Positions 21,929 to 35,596 of a stretch of DNA of 37,933 nt are shown here, one piece after another. The position numbers and the translations under genes were made by a program. A model generated the notes under the pieces. It was given only the letters and a program-made list of their open reading frames with translations. It did no database searches and was not told the DNA's origin. Source of the stretch: Basidiobolus ranarum (taxonomy: Eukaryota); the NCBI GenBank assembly GCA_040143965.1, contig JASJQH010000051.1, positions 1 to 37,933 of the forward strand, in the 5' to 3' direction. Position 1 is the first letter of the stretch; each line of letters starts with the position of its first letter.

Positions 21929-22603
21929 ATGGAGCCTCCAAGCGAACAGCCTATATCTGTTCCCGTTCCCGAGGAATTGACTGAGAACAGCACAGAGATT
22001 AAACCAGAAACCACTGAAGAGACCCCAGTTGAAATAGAAGCACCCATCGATCCTAACAAAGAGCGCTTTCAAGTGGAATTAGAGTTCATTCAATGCTTAG
22101 CAAATCCATGGTACCTAAACTGTAAAGTTAAATCTGATTGATCTTATCTTTGCGTACGCGTTTAGCTATAGAATCTTAATCTATCATTATTTTCGTCTTT
22201 TATAACGTATAGATCTAGCCCAACAAGAATATTTTAAAGATGCGGCCTTCTTAAATTATCTGGAATATTTACAATATTGGAAAAAACCCGAATACGCAAG
22301 ATTCATTGTGTAAGTATTGTAGAAACCCGGAATAATTTGGTACAATTGTTGATCTTTTTTGGTTTTTATAAACCTAGATATCCACATGCGCTTTATTTTC
22401 TTGACATGTTACAACGAGAGTCGTTCCGTGAAGCTATATTAAAGCAAGAAGTAGCAACGTTTGTTCATCAACGACAATACTATCATTGGTTATATTTCAG
22501 ACATCCACCACCCAATCCTGAAGACTTGAACGCACCAAAACCCGAAGAAACGAATTCTACTTTACCCGATGCCAATAACCCCGCAAATAACTCTATGGTT
22601 TGA
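21929..22603 (+). CDS. MED31: Mediator subunit 31 (Soh1), ~171 aa; exons 21929-22121, 22213-22309, 22378-22603
   Basis: Spliced product RFQVELEFIQCLANPWYLNYLAQQEYFKDAAFLNYLEYLQYWKKPEYARFIVYPHALYFLDMLQ is the SOH1 signature; two GT-AG introns. Confidence 0.96.
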
Positions 22604-22976
22604 TATGTACATCACTCGTGAAGTCACACGCACACAGTATATTTGATTCCCAACAAACCTAGAAAAAAATCACTACATACATATATATTATAGAAATATA
22701 TACGCACATACGCTAGTGATTGTTATGTCACTAATTGGACAGTATTTCAACTCATGAATTCAATACAATGATACGCACCGCGTCGTAGGGAATAAACCAG
22801 AACACTGTTTACACTAGCCATGAACTATTCTTATTTCAATGACAATAAGTATGGATAATTGAATTCTAAAAGCACAGCTTCACAAACACAGGCAATATGA
22901 TTTTGATTTATTTACAAACAATCAGGATGGAGACGAGAGCGTAAACAGCATGCAGACAACGCAGGGGTGTAAACTA

Positions 22977-25232
22977 TCATGAATCCGACTCGGTTTTCTC
23001 ACTCGAGTCGATGATTCTAGAAGTTAGAGAGTAAGTGTTGTTGAAGTCCAAGCGTAGTAAGAGTTGATCTAGATGACGAGCAGGTCCGGAATTGGATCCG
23101 CCATGTCGATTCATATCCGACACAGTTCGGAAGAAAAACTCGCTTTGTTCAATGAATTCCTAATAAATCAATGGTGAGCAAGTGAGACTTATTCTTGTTA
23201 GCTGAATGGAATTACCTGTTCAATTTGTTCAACTGGGTGGTCATTCTGCTCAAAATGGAACATCTTGGAGTCCGATGAAAGTCCCTTTTCAAGTTGATTG
23301 CAGAACGCATCACAGGTAATGAATATCTTTCTTAGCGACAAACTGAGTGGTCGATAGAACAGAAGACATGCCGCAAACAATTGATCTAAATGAAGCGAAT
23401 GCGCAGACCGGATGTCTTCGAAATCATGAAGTGGCTTTTCTGCACCCTTGGACCCTTCAACAGAGGCTTCCCCTGGTTTGGTTAACGCGGTGGCACGGAT
23501 CAGTTCCGAGAAATCCGTACAGCAAATCTCGATTGCATCGGTCTAGAGTTGGGATACATAGTCATATTAGACTCTATCAGTTTCAATCATCGAATAGTAC
23601 AAACCTACGAACCTGAACATGTGACCACAAGGAGTCAACAAAGTGAAGCATCTTCGTTCTCAGCCTCCACATTCTTTCATCGTGAGCCATCTCTCTCAGC
23701 TCACATAGGTGGCTTTCGTCGTGTAAGCGACCTTTGGTCTGCCAGCGAAGATCTTGTCGACGCACGGCATTACCGAGCATCCATACTTTCTGCAAGCGAT
23801 TGTGAGTACGTCTCAACACTAGCAAGAAACTCATTAAAGAATTGTAACGTTCAATCTCAACATCGGTGAATATCAAATCCATAGGCCAGACAATCGAATA
23901 GTGAAGCTCGATACGGGATCCAAGCAGCAAGAGGTCGTTGTACAGGTTTGCAGGGCTATGAGTCTCACTTAACTCATCGTTGTGGGGATCATAACTGGAA
24001 GCAGGGATCACTCTGAACGAAAGTTTCTCTAGGGTAGGGTCATCCTCCACTGAAGTCCCAACCGAGGACTGTATCATCATTGCATTGAGTTCTTGTTCCT
24101 TGATGACAACTCTACGCATCTCTTTTTGACGTGCAGCACGCAGCACCTCAAAAGAGTCAATGAGTTGAAGAAAGTAATCTCCACTTCCCAGGAGGAAATA
24201 CTTCCGGAACACTTCCAAGCAATTCAAAGTCTTCTCTCCTACCAACACCACTTCCCACAGCCATTCAGAAACATCTTTGCGAATCTCTAACACGGCCGAT
24301 TCCAACTCTATCCCACGATAGACCGACGATTTACTCAACTCAAGAAGCAACTTCAGATGCTTTGACGTGAGAGAGGATGGAAGGGAATTAATATTACTGA
24401 TATTAGCCATTCTAATAGTGTACACCGATTGTCCAACAAACAGGATAGAGTTGGCCACTTTGATCGGAATGAAATCTGGGATTTGTTTGGTATCAATGGA
24501 GAACAATTTTTGAAAAGTGAAATTCTCATTCTCCAAGAGAGAGTAACTAGTTTCATGGATATCTCTTGAGTTGGGTGCAAAATGTACACTACTTAAGCGT
24601 TTGACGAAGAATTCTCCATACGGATCCTCCAAAGTGCCATAAACTATCCAAGAGGTGACTTGTTGATAGAAGACCTTTCTTACATGTTGAGTTAACTTTA
24701 ACATAGTTTCTCTAACCTCACTCACTCCTGATTCACACTTGGATGCTAGGAGAGATAACAGACGTCCACCGTGGTAGAGTTCAGCTTTTTGCTCGATTGT
24801 GGTGACAAGAGCCTCTAGGTGTGGAAGTACGAAAAAGAACGGGGATAACCAAGAACTTATCAAACTTAAAGGAGTTTGTGAAGAAGGTTGCTTTAAAATA
24901 CGGTCTTCCAATTCGACTATCATATCTTCATACTCTTTTAAGGAATGCCGCATTCCTTGACAAAACCCTTGAAAGTAAGCACCATGTGGAAGTCTTACCC
25001 TTGGTGAACCTTTTATCCACTCTTTTGTCCGATACTGCTCTATAAAGGTGTTTATTCTTCTATACAAACTACCCAGTTGAGCTAGTTGTTCTAAAGCACC
25101 TTTCTCTGAAGGGTGTAAAAAAGTGAAATCTTCGGGGATACGAAAGATGGGTGTGGTAGAGGAATCAGGTACGTGTAAAACAAAAATATCCCCTGGATGC
25201 CCGGATAACGCTAAAAGCAGTTCATGTAACAT
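22977..25232 (-). CDS. GCP4: Gamma-tubulin complex component 4 (Spc97/Spc98 family), ~709 aa; exons 25232-23613, 23542-23216, 23159-22977
   Basis: GCP4-type N-terminus MLHELLLALSGHPG and FLHPSE, GTLEDPYGEFF, YFLLGSGD, WPMDLIF, and C-terminal QLLLRLDFN after splicing; 2130 nt in frame. Confidence 0.92.
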
Positions 25233-25530
25233 AACAAAGGACAATTCAGCGAATAAGGAACAATAACGAGGGATTACTTGGTAAAAATGTTTGTCTATAA
25301 ATATATATATGAATATGAGTTTAGTAGAAGACCAACGCTACTACAACTACGTTTCCTTCAGTAGCAACCCCTACCTTTTCGTTATTGTTTTGAAATTGAA
25401 TAAAAACACTGAATCCGAAATCCGATATGAGATATTCAAAATTATCGAATTTATTTTAGAAAATGAAAATGGATAGTTTTATTATGGAAATAAATTATTC
25501 ACCCCAAATAAGTGAATGTGTGTATAGAAT

Positions 25531-27148
25531 CTATAGGAGAATTTCATTGTGGAAGTCGATGGTCAAATCTTTGTGAGGGAGAACAATGCAATTACGAATG
25601 ATTACTTCGTTATCAACATTGACTTCTTTACCAAGAATTGCAATGGATTGGATCTTAACTCCGTTCTTGGTGACAGTGGCATTGTAGTTATCCATAGGGG
25701 TGCCTTCAACACGAGCCCAAGAACCAATTCTAGAACTCCAACCAATGATACTCCAAAGAACACAGCTATGCTCCTATTAGAAGACAAGGTTAAAGCTGGA
25801 CAGACTTTGCAAGAAATGAATTCAACTACTCACTTGAACTTCGACATTATCAAGAATAATGGAGTCTCTAATTCTGACTCCTCTTCCGATCACTGCACGA
25901 GGACCGATTGAAACATTGGGTCCGATCTATCAATCTATGTTACGATGGTGTCTTCGAGATCACATTATATGTGCCACTTACTCTAGCCTCCGGGTGAACA
26001 CTTGCTGAAGGATGAATGTAAACAGCACCAACGATTTCTGGTCCATTAGCGCAATTACGAGCCAATTTCTCGGGAGTGTTCTCGAACATCTCTCGGAGAT
26101 AAAGATTGCTAGCTGGTAAAGCGGATCTAAAGTACGAAAGAATCAGAGATCATCCAATGTCATAAAATGATGATTATGAATACTTACACTGCGGTTTTGA
26201 TCTGACTAAAGAAACTTTGAGATGAGTAAACGAACATTTTCTTCTGAGCTGTCAATCTAGGGAAAATATCTTGTTCCAATTGAAGACGTTCAGTGCTTTC
26301 TTCTACGAATGCAGTCTCGGTATCACTTGAATAAAGGTTAAGGAAAATCTCAAATAAATGTATATATTAATCTTGAATCATTGAACAATATATTAGGATA
26401 CTTTTCATCCTTCTTCTCCACGGCACGCTTGATATCTGCAAAGATAGAGCGATGGAAGAGATAGATACCACAACTGACAAGGTCACTCACAAAAGTCTCT
26501 GGTTTTTCGACGTAGTGAAGAACCTCGTTAGTTTCTGATTGGGCTACGATACAACCGAAACGATTGGCGATAGCTTTATCAACCTATTGGTATAAGTAGT
26601 GAAGGTTTAAAAGGGTGAACCAGTGGAAATTTCTTCATAAATATTCAATACCTTGGTACCTAAGATGGTACACATGGATTTCTTTTCCTGGTGGAAAGCC
26701 ATCATTTCGTTTAGTGGGAATGAACAGCATACATCAGCGTTAAGAACGAAGAAATTGTTTGGTGCACCAAGAAGAATTTTATCTCTGAAGTGATAAAGAC
26801 CACCAGCTGTACCAAGAGCTTGATATTCTCTCAAGTAACTTGAATATAAATAAGATTAGTCAGATGGAAATATAGTGAAGGTTGAACTTCAGAAATAACT
26901 TACGTGATCTTCAGATGAGGAAACTCGAAGTTCATACGATCGATGAAATTGGTAAATATAGAATCCTCATAAAAACCAATCAACAGAATCTCGGTAAGGT
27001 TCTGAACTTTCGAGAGAGCAGTGACATGATGATACAAGATGGGTTGACCTGCGACAGGGAATAGAGGTTTGGGAACGTTAAGGGAAAGTGGACGGAAACG
27101 GGTACCACGAGAGGGGCCACCAACGAGAATAACTGCTTTACAGGCCAT
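25531..27148 (-). CDS. GMPPA: Mannose-1-phosphate guanylyltransferase alpha (regulatory-type) subunit, ~410 aa; exons 27148-26904, 26838-26652, 26583-26402, 26325-26188, 26126-25982, 25926-25834, 25773-25531
   Basis: [28 protein letters not shown] carries the alpha-type insertion in the GGxGTR motif. Also [24 protein letters not shown], a hexapeptide-repeat C-terminus (IGPNVSIG) and the ending NEILL*. Six GT-AG introns, 1233 nt in frame. Confidence 0.93.
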
Positions 27149-27757
27149 ACTAAGTCTTTCGCTGGTTATGGAGTGTGTAAAGAAACGAGTTTTATTCTTT
27201 GAAAAGCATTTTGATGAAGATTGTTACGAGTATGTCATACAATCACCAATAAGAGCGTATCAACCATATGCAACTAAGTAATCCAATGAATAGGAATCTT
27301 AGACGAAAACAGTTTCGAGTAGCCTTGAAAATTACCTACCAGCCAGTGATTGTGTGTTGAGTGGAAATTTACCATCCAGACACATTCTATTCTTGCCATT
27401 TACGCATATTTAGCATAAGTCAACAACTATTAATAGCTCGAGTTCAATTAGGATCATTATATTCATCATTCTGGATAATAAATTGGATATTGTCGATATT
27501 ATATGGAGTGAATCCTCGGTAAATAACTAATATCGACCAATGATTTTGACTTCACCAATAAGTAAAGTTTTATGACGTTCACTAAATAAGCATAAGTATA
27601 CCGAAATGACTAGCAGATCGAATAAACAAAAGTGAGGATCCATAAAGATGAAAATACCCGAGATATTAAAGGAGGGGAGGATAACGTTCGAAAAATATCT
27701 TCAATGAAGTATATTAAATGAAAGTATTACAAAATTTCTTGAAAACATTTCATTTCC

Positions 27758-29438
27758 CTATGAAATGGCTTTTGATATTGATGCACTTTGGACTGGTAAT
27801 TCTTCTAATTGTCCTATTGACATCATGCTCTGCCGGTTCAACTTCTGCTCTTCATTCACTATCACGATAGTAGGTGCCGTACTCACTTGCTTCACTCCCG
27901 TACCCTCCGCCTCCAGCTCCCTCCTTAATAGCTCGTCAGTATATGTGTTACGCTTCCCCAATTCCCTCCCTTCCTCTTCGGTCCAGCTGGGTTTCCTTAA
28001 GAGTCTTCGATACGTATCAGCTATCAACTGGGCATCTTTCACGGTCAAACGTAAGGAATCAGGTTCGAAGTATTGTTCTGTTGGTGATAGTTGACTACTG
28101 GTCATTGAGTTGCTGGGTAGAGCCGCTAGAATGTGCTGACTGGATTGACTATTGACACTGTATAGGTGACTTCGGTTTCCTGTTTCCTTCACAGGAAGAA
28201 AAGCGTCTGTACTCGTATAACCAGATACAGAATAGCGAGATAAATCACCCACGTCTCGACTCAGAGTATCAATCATTGGTGGAAAGTTACGATGGTTTCG
28301 ATTCGGGGCTCTAGCTCTATTGACAAAATTAACTCTATCACAGCGGCGTATAAGATAATAAACTAGCGTTCGGATCAAGCATTTCTGAGTTAAGGTTAAC
28401 AATAATGGACATAAAGACGAAAGAATTGAAGAACACAATTTCTATTTAAGGATATCCTATAAGAAGCACCAATCCAATGATAGCACCTGCAGTTATCCCA
28501 ATCGCTGCAGCAGGTGAGATGAGTGACATGTTGCTTTTATCTGATCGTGCATTGGGTGTGTTTGTATCGAAGGACTCGTCAATAGGGATATTCTTTGGAT
28601 CATTGGAGGTCGAGTGTGTTGTTATGGAGGAGGCTGCTGGGGTCGAGCTAGGAGAAGTACTACTGGTATTGACTAACAAAGAGTGATTTGTTATGGGGGC
28701 TGCGAAGTGTAGTGAATTCGTAGGAGTAGGATTTACTTCTTCCGGTGGTGGTGGATCTACCGAATAGTTAAAGGCAAAGGTCATTAGAGGTTTCATGGTA
28801 ATAAATGAATGACGATACTGATTCAACTTACCTTCGATGTTGAAAATTGGACCCTTTTGCTTCCCCTCTATAGCTTCATTTCTAACAGTCACCAAGAATC
28901 GATAATGTCGAGTTATCGTGGTATTCTTGGGACGCTTGAAACCCTCGGGGAAAACCCCACTGGCATGATCCAACTTGATGGACCACATACCCTCGTCATT
29001 AGTGATATCTAGCCATTCTTTGATAGGTTTCCGTGGGTTGGTCATTTCAAATAGTCGTATATCGACATGGCCTTGAACCTTGAAAGTGGGGTAATTTGGA
29101 TTCCATCTTAATAAACCCACAGTGCCCATGGTCCACGTTATGTTGAACTTTGGTAAGCAATATATGTCAGGGCCACATTGTTCTGTTAAAGAGGCCACTA
29201 GAAGTGCATAGGGAATGTAGTTATTAGTCACTTGTATAACCGATGGATATCATAAAGTCGCAGTATCTTGAAATATTCGAAGAAGCAATCAAGTAGGAAC
29301 TGGATTATATATACCATCTCTATTTTTGAGCTCAACACCACGAGTATCTAACTGATTGGCGTAACTAACTTGAGTAGCTATGCTCAAACACACAATTATC
29401 CACTTGATTCCTATTTCCGCGACATCCAACAGTCGCAT
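27758..29438 (-). CDS. Hypothetical single-pass type I membrane protein, ~464 aa (signal peptide, beta-rich ectodomain, S/T/P stalk, TM, cytoplasmic tail); exons 29438-29315, 29197-28832, 28756-28457, 28362-27758
   Basis: Hydrophobic N-terminus WIIVCLSIATQVSYA; two canonical introns join the ORFs in frame; S/T-rich stalk, then TM AAAIGITAGAIIGLVLLI/VYYLIRR. The third intron donor is non-canonical or uncertain. Confidence 0.65.
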
Positions 29439-30365
29439 CGCTAATATAAAGTAAGAGCAAGGGATTAACGATAGCACAGTGGATGATTTCCTGGATCGAT
29501 GTAGATAAGAAATAAGCAGAGGGATTGAATGTAAACTGACTGATATAGAAGACTTTATAAGTAAGTAAAGACCGCCTTCGACGGGCAGACTACTAAAATT
29601 CGAAAGAAAAGAGTGTGTTAAGTTTCAAAACAGAAAGGAAAGTTAAAAGTGGGAGCGTGGGGTATATAATGACAAACGATCAGAAGTGATAATGAGCCAG
29701 GTGCATTCAACTACCAATCCAATTCTACATTTTGATTGGGTCGGGAGTTGAACATAGACAACGCGCATCATATGAATTGCTGAGGTTGGGTATTGCATAC
29801 TTCGATTCTTCCCCTTTTCTCCCTACTTCCTAATTATATCACGTTCTTTGAATTGTTCTTGATATTTATTTGTTGGGACATTGTGAGCCTAAGCCGTCAC
29901 AATTATTAGGCGATCTTGGATTGTAGGAAACCTCCGATTATTATCCTATTATGGCTATTTTTATATTATATATAGTATCATTGATGTAAGTAATGTTCCT
30001 TGATACTAGTCTTCTGCTCTTTCCCCCCACCTTCCCTTTCTAGATAGTGTCTGCTCCATATCGACTGACTCGAGTTTAGGCAGGAGAGTAAATATGGACT
30101 CAGATGAATCAGTTGCCTGTAGCCCCTATTGAATTCAGAGAAGATTCTACGAGAGAATTAAGGTTTCGACACGTAGCTTATATTATATATTCCATAGAAC
30201 ATATATATTTGTTACCGATAATGATGTACGTGAATACCTGTCTATAAAGCTCACTACCCTTCGAAACCAAGATTAAACAACAAATATCTCACAGAATGAT
30301 TTATCCATATATTATTATTTGTTAAAATGATCTTAGTTGTATGTACACGTAATATTTAACAAACT

Positions 30366-31701
30366 TTAGGCCTTGACAAAGATCCTCCTCTCTACTAGCA
30401 TGCGCAAAAGAATGTTAATCAAAGTTCCAACTGCCATAGCAGCACCTGACAGTAGAATCACTGGCATATATGATGCAGTGGAATCATGAAGAGCACCAGC
30501 GGTAGGAGACCCTGCTAAATTTCCAACTCCTGTGGAAGCGTAAATTAAACCAGTTACAGTGGCAAGTTGGTCCAAACCTAGAATGTAGATATGTTAATGA
30601 TTTTTGTTAGGGAGTTGATCAAAATTTCCATTTACCGAAAATACTGGCGATAACCACTGGAAATAAGCTAATGAAACCACCAGCTGTAAACCCAAATAAA
30701 AGAGCAAAGATCAAAAGCGGAGCAAACGAGCTAGAATTCGTCCAAATAAGCAAGGTAGAAAGTGCACCTACAACCATACAAATCACTAAAAGATTTAACC
30801 GGCCGAACTTATCTGCAGCTGAGCCAAGTATGATCCGACCTAGAGCAGAGGCCCCATTCAGCAGCCCAACGATCAATGCACCAGTACTAACTGAGAGGTT
30901 GATGGAAGAAGCATACTCAGGAATATAATAGATAGGTATCAAGTATCCAAAGCTAAAGATCGCCCCACCGCACCACATGACGATAAATTTAAGATTCTTA
31001 AATAATTCTATATCAAAGATTGGACCAGTCACTTGAACCTTGAGCCTGGTTCGCAAAAGGAGGCATGCCACAGAGAGTAATACGAAAGAAAAGATCCCAG
31101 TAATACGCAGAGCCCATTGGTATCCCAAACTAGAGATTAGCTTACTAGTGAGTGGAACCAAGGCCAAGCCACCCACTCCAGAACCAGAGACGGCAATGCC
31201 AACTGCTAAACCACGTTTTTGCTTAAACCACTGTGAAGGAACGCTAATTGCTGGAAAAAAGCACAGAGAACTACCAACTCCGTAGAGTAGGCCTTGTGTA
31301 AGGTATAAATGCCATACTTCAGTAGCAAAGGAAGCAAGGATTAGACCAAGACTAATACCTATGGTTCCACAGAAGGCAATCAGCTTGTATCCATATTTAT
31401 CTGCCAGTCGTCCGGTTACAATACCGCAAATAGGCATAGCACCAGCACCGATGGTTCCAACTAGTGATAATGAAGAAGCACTTACACGACCAGCATAGGT
31501 ATGCGATAAATAGTGTTGTTGATAAATACCCCAGGAATATTGTACACCAAGAACCACAAAATGGAAGAGAAAACTCGAAAATACCACCACCCAGCCATAG
31601 CCACCTTCTGGTGGAACATCAATTTCAGAATGACCTTCATCATGAGTTAACTTTTCCGAGTTAAATTCTAGCGATTTTTTCGGATTACTTTCGCTCGACA
31701 T
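30366..31701 (-). CDS. MFS transporter, monocarboxylate porter (MCT/Mch-like) family, ~425 aa; exons 31701-30636, 30577-30366
   Basis: PPEGGYGWVVV TM1 signature, GRLADKYG and GSAADKFG loop motifs, QWFKQKRGLAVGIAVSGSGVGG; about 12 hydrophobic segments; one GT-AG intron. Confidence 0.93.
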
Positions 31702-32543
31702 CTTCGAAAAATCCCTCCGTCAGAAAATGAAACGATATGAAGCGGAACTAACAAAAGAAAGCACTCACACGGGCAACTCTCCCCTTTATATATTTTTAGA
31801 AATATAATCTCCAACCTTAAACCTAACCTTATGTTTATTTTATTATTGCATGTGTGTCACACTCTCTGTGGCACATTCAATATCAAGGAAGCGGATATAT
31901 CTAGTCATTTTAGTCACGTTTTACGGCAATTTCAAGATTGAAAAACCACTCACACCCCACCCGAGCTATATGAAAGGGAAACGAACGGGTAGCGTGCGTA
32001 GAAAATCACGTCTTAATTGGTTTCTATTTTGTTATCAAAGGGAACAATGTTAGCGATTTCGTTACTACTGTTGACTGTAAATTAACTTTTCTGACACACA
32101 AACCCAGATCATATTAGTAATCTGTATCACCAGCGACTATGACTCCACTTCAATGTGTGAACTGGATAAATATTCGGTCCGATTGTTTCCCGGCTTTAAT
32201 ATTGATCGACTGTTTCTCTTTGACTATATTATATATATATATGTTGCTTGCTTGGATAACCTGAAATTAATATCTAGAACTTGATATTTTAGCATGGCAC
32301 TCCAAGATTGCTACACTTGGTCTATTTTACTGCTACCCTCTGGCAGATAAAGTCATGATCTTCACTGGCTTCTGATTGAAAGACTATTCAACCATATAGC
32401 CAAATAACCCCAAGCTACTGAAAGATCGACAACCAATATAACTGTGAGTGATAGAGAATGACTTATTATAAACAAGGCAACCTTCACGATGGATATAAAC
32501 TCAATATTGTGACACATCAGTTTCACTTGATTGATAGGAGACG

Positions 32544-32572
32544 AGATTCAGTAAAAGATTCAGTAAAAGATT
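32544..32572. repeat. Short tandem repeat (agattcagtaaa)x2.4
   Basis: Directly visible in the intergenic region. Confidence 0.85.
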
Positions 32573-32993
32573 GCTATAGGTGGTAGGCCTAACCCTGGAT
32601 AGTAAGTTGTATCAAAGCTAGAGACAGAGATGTTTAAGATCAGAACAGTATCGGTGATATTCGAGTGGCTGTATCCAGTAAAATCGGTTGCCGAGGATAG
32701 AATCATTTTCGCTTTAGTTAACTAAGATGAATTGGGATTTATTGACTTACCTGGTAGTATCATAGTAATATAGTAAAATTGACTTTATTTAATTATTATG
32801 AATAGACATTTGACACCTGAATTCTACCTGCTGGCCACTCACAGATGAATGTTTTCTAGCATAGCATTTAGTGCTAAACACTTTCGCTCGTTAATCGACC
32901 CTATTGTCCATACACACTTCTTTTAACTTGTTCATAACTCTTTATCTACAGATCTTGACTATATTGATTACAACCCTTTTGCACATCCTCAAC

Positions 32994-34890
32994 ATGTCTC
33001 GATTCAAGTTTAGCGGATTACGCTCCATTATTCCTACTAGTAACACAATAACATCTGTGCAAACAGAAGAAGAGCTTTCAGAGTTGGTCAACACTAGAAT
33101 CATTTATCAATCAGGTAATCAAATAGTGCCCTCGATATCAGCTCCACTTGTAGGTATTTACGTTGAACTCATTGTGTAGGTGTCGATCTTGAAAGTAAAC
33201 CCATGCTTGCCTTTTGTGCTTGCAGTTTACCAAATCCAAAAGTGGTCGATTATGACCAAATACTTTCGTATGTTCATATATTTTTCTTCACTTTCTTTTA
33301 TAGCAAGCTATTTGTATTCAATATACTGATTTTACTTTCAAGCTTAATTTTGACCAAATTGGATCAGTTCGTCGAAAGTGATTATACGGTAGTTCTTTTT
33401 TCTGGTGGAGCGGTATATCGCCCTAGCTGGGTCTGGTTACTCAAAGCATATAGTAAGCTCAGCCGCAAGTAAGTATTACACCTCATCAATGAATGTTTTA
33501 ACCTGTCTAATAAGAACTTAACACCTTCAGATACAAAAAGAATCTGAAAAACCTATATGTTGTGCATCCATCACGTTGGCCCCGACTTATTTTAGACACG
33601 ATGAATGTTGTCGTAAGGTTGGTTACTTATATCAAAATTATTGTACCTGTTCTACGCTAATATTGTCATTAGTCCAAAATTCGCCAAGAAAGTGGTTTAT
33701 GTCGAAACTCTATCTAAGTTAGCTAGCTATGTACCAATTCAACAAATTCAAATTCCAGATGCCGTTTACGAGTATGTAGCACTTAAGATTTAGATTATTG
33801 TTGTTAATAGTATTGCTAACATATTTCGATCTTTTTGAAATAGTTTTAATTTGCAATTTGAATCACAAATTGTTATTCCCTCCAGTCACGATAAAGGTCC
33901 TTACACGGCACAAGCCTTTGGAGTGCCGTTGGTGACTTTAATGGGGGAAGATGGCGAGCTTGGAGTTCCACAATTTTTATGTGAATGTGTCGAATTCATC
34001 AGAGTTCATGGTTTGATTATTTTATACGCGTCCATAATAGAGTAATGGTGTTTAAATTTTTGTGGTTTAGGTATTGATGTTGAAGGAATCTTTCGACGTT
34101 CGCCTTCCTCAAGGTCTCTTAAAGAAGCCAAGGAGATGTATAACCGAGGTAATGATTCCACTCAAGCATTGGTCCAAGTCTACTATTTTTGTTAATCTAA
34201 AGACTCGCAGGTAACTCTGTGGATTTAAATGAATACGGGGTCCATATCGCAGCTGTCCTGTTAAAGATGTTCTTTCGTGAGCTACCTACGCCCGCTTTTC
34301 CCGCTGAGATTTATGACGTGATTAGAAAATTGGGAAATTGCAGTAATGATGCCGAGTCCATTCAATACATACGAAGCCATATCTTCCCATCTCTTTCAAA
34401 GCCCATGCTTATTTTACTTTCACAGATATTCCGTCTTATGAACGATATTTCCGCCAAAAGTGCGGTGAATCTAATGACACCATACAATCTGGCCGTAGTA
34501 TGGTCTCCTAATCTAGTACGCAGTGGCAACCCTATGGTAGATGTCTCCATGTGCATAGTAGGGAATGGAACAGTTGGAAGTGTTGTTCGTCTCTGCATAG
34601 AATATGTGGATACTCTCTTCCCAGAGAATCTCTATCCGAATCCAGTCGGAGCTAGTTCAGGTACTAAATTCGCCAACAAAATCAATGTGACAACATCTAC
34701 GAATGGCTCAGAAAACAACCTAGAAAACTGGATAAATAAAAGACGCACAGAGAGACCAATGTCAATAGCACCTAGGCAGCTATATAGAGCGAGTACAAGT
34801 GATGGCCAAGAGCTCAACTCCGGGAAAAATAAACGGTATACAACATTTTTCCCGAAAAAAACCGGCCAAGAAGAAGAGGACCAATGTTGA
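32994..34890 (+). CDS. RhoGAP with N-terminal BCH/CRAL-TRIO domain (ARHGAP1/p50RhoGAP-, Ecm25-like), ~481 aa; exons 32994-33114, 33180-33267, 33343-33468, 33531-33617, 33673-33771, 33844-34010, 34071-34148, 34211-34890
   Basis: BCH motifs LDQFVESDY, RKYKKNLKNLYVVHP and SPKFAKKV. RhoGAP motifs FGVPL, EGIFRRS (arginine finger), LKMFFRELP and NLMTPYNLAVVWSPNL. Seven GT-AG introns, 1446 nt in frame. Confidence 0.92.
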
Positions 34891-35528
34891 GAGATTTTTG
34901 TTCAATAGTTTTTGTTTATTCAATTGGGTATTTTTGTTAGTTCGCTTCCCATTCTGAAGATGTCCCTTCAACTTGCTAATCAAATAGTTATCGCGTTGAA
35001 TCGCTGCTCTACTATCACCCAGTGACACGTAATAAAAGTATACAAATGCAGGACATCTAGAATTACCTCTTATCAAACTCTTCAGAGGCTATGTAGGTTT
35101 GCCAAGAACCAGCTTAGGTCACTTTTCTGGATATATGATGGTGACATAACTACTAGATATATACAAGAGACATCATGGATATTTGGAAGGGCCGATGGAG
35201 AGGCAATTGAAAGGAAATCCAGACCAAGCAATTAAATTGATGTAAAAGCAATCCTGGAATTGGGCTAACTTATATTAGATTGAACACATCATTGATTGGC
35301 TCAAATATTATTGTTGAAGCCATGGCTAGTCGGTATATGTCTAGATCCAAGGCCTCGTTAATGCATAGGAGCAATAATAAACATAAATGGATATTTGAGT
35401 ATCTGGAATGAACAACGACAGGACTATCGGTAAGTCATATAATTGCTGTATTCCTTTCCTATACCTTGGCATACCAATTCCAAATGTGGAACTGTATAGA
35501 TCAGTCTAGCCTTTTAACCCATTCTTCT

Positions 35529-35536
35529 TATAAAAA
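35529..35536 (+). promoter_or_regulatory. Putative TATA box upstream of ERG25
   Basis: TATAAAAA about 65 nt upstream of the proposed start codon. Confidence 0.45.
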
Positions 35537-35596
35537 GAGTTGTGGAGAGTTCCGGGCCCTTACATCTTTTCTCAGCCATCCAAAAACTTCTATACG

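Noticed and set aside
23347-25911. Plus-strand ORFs overlapping GCP4 and GMPPA (e.g. 23549-23869, 25549-25911)
   Set aside because: Antisense shadows of well-supported minus-strand genes with no recognisable motifs.
29706-29752. Imperfect inverted repeat (ttcaact/agttgaa, ccaatc/gattgg)
   Set aside because: Short and interrupted; compatible with chance or paired CCAAT boxes, and insufficient for an ncRNA or MITE call.
32744-32760. ACTTACCTGG resembling the U1 snRNA 5' end
   Set aside because: Downstream sequence lacks U1 stem-loops; better explained as a minus-strand splice donor.
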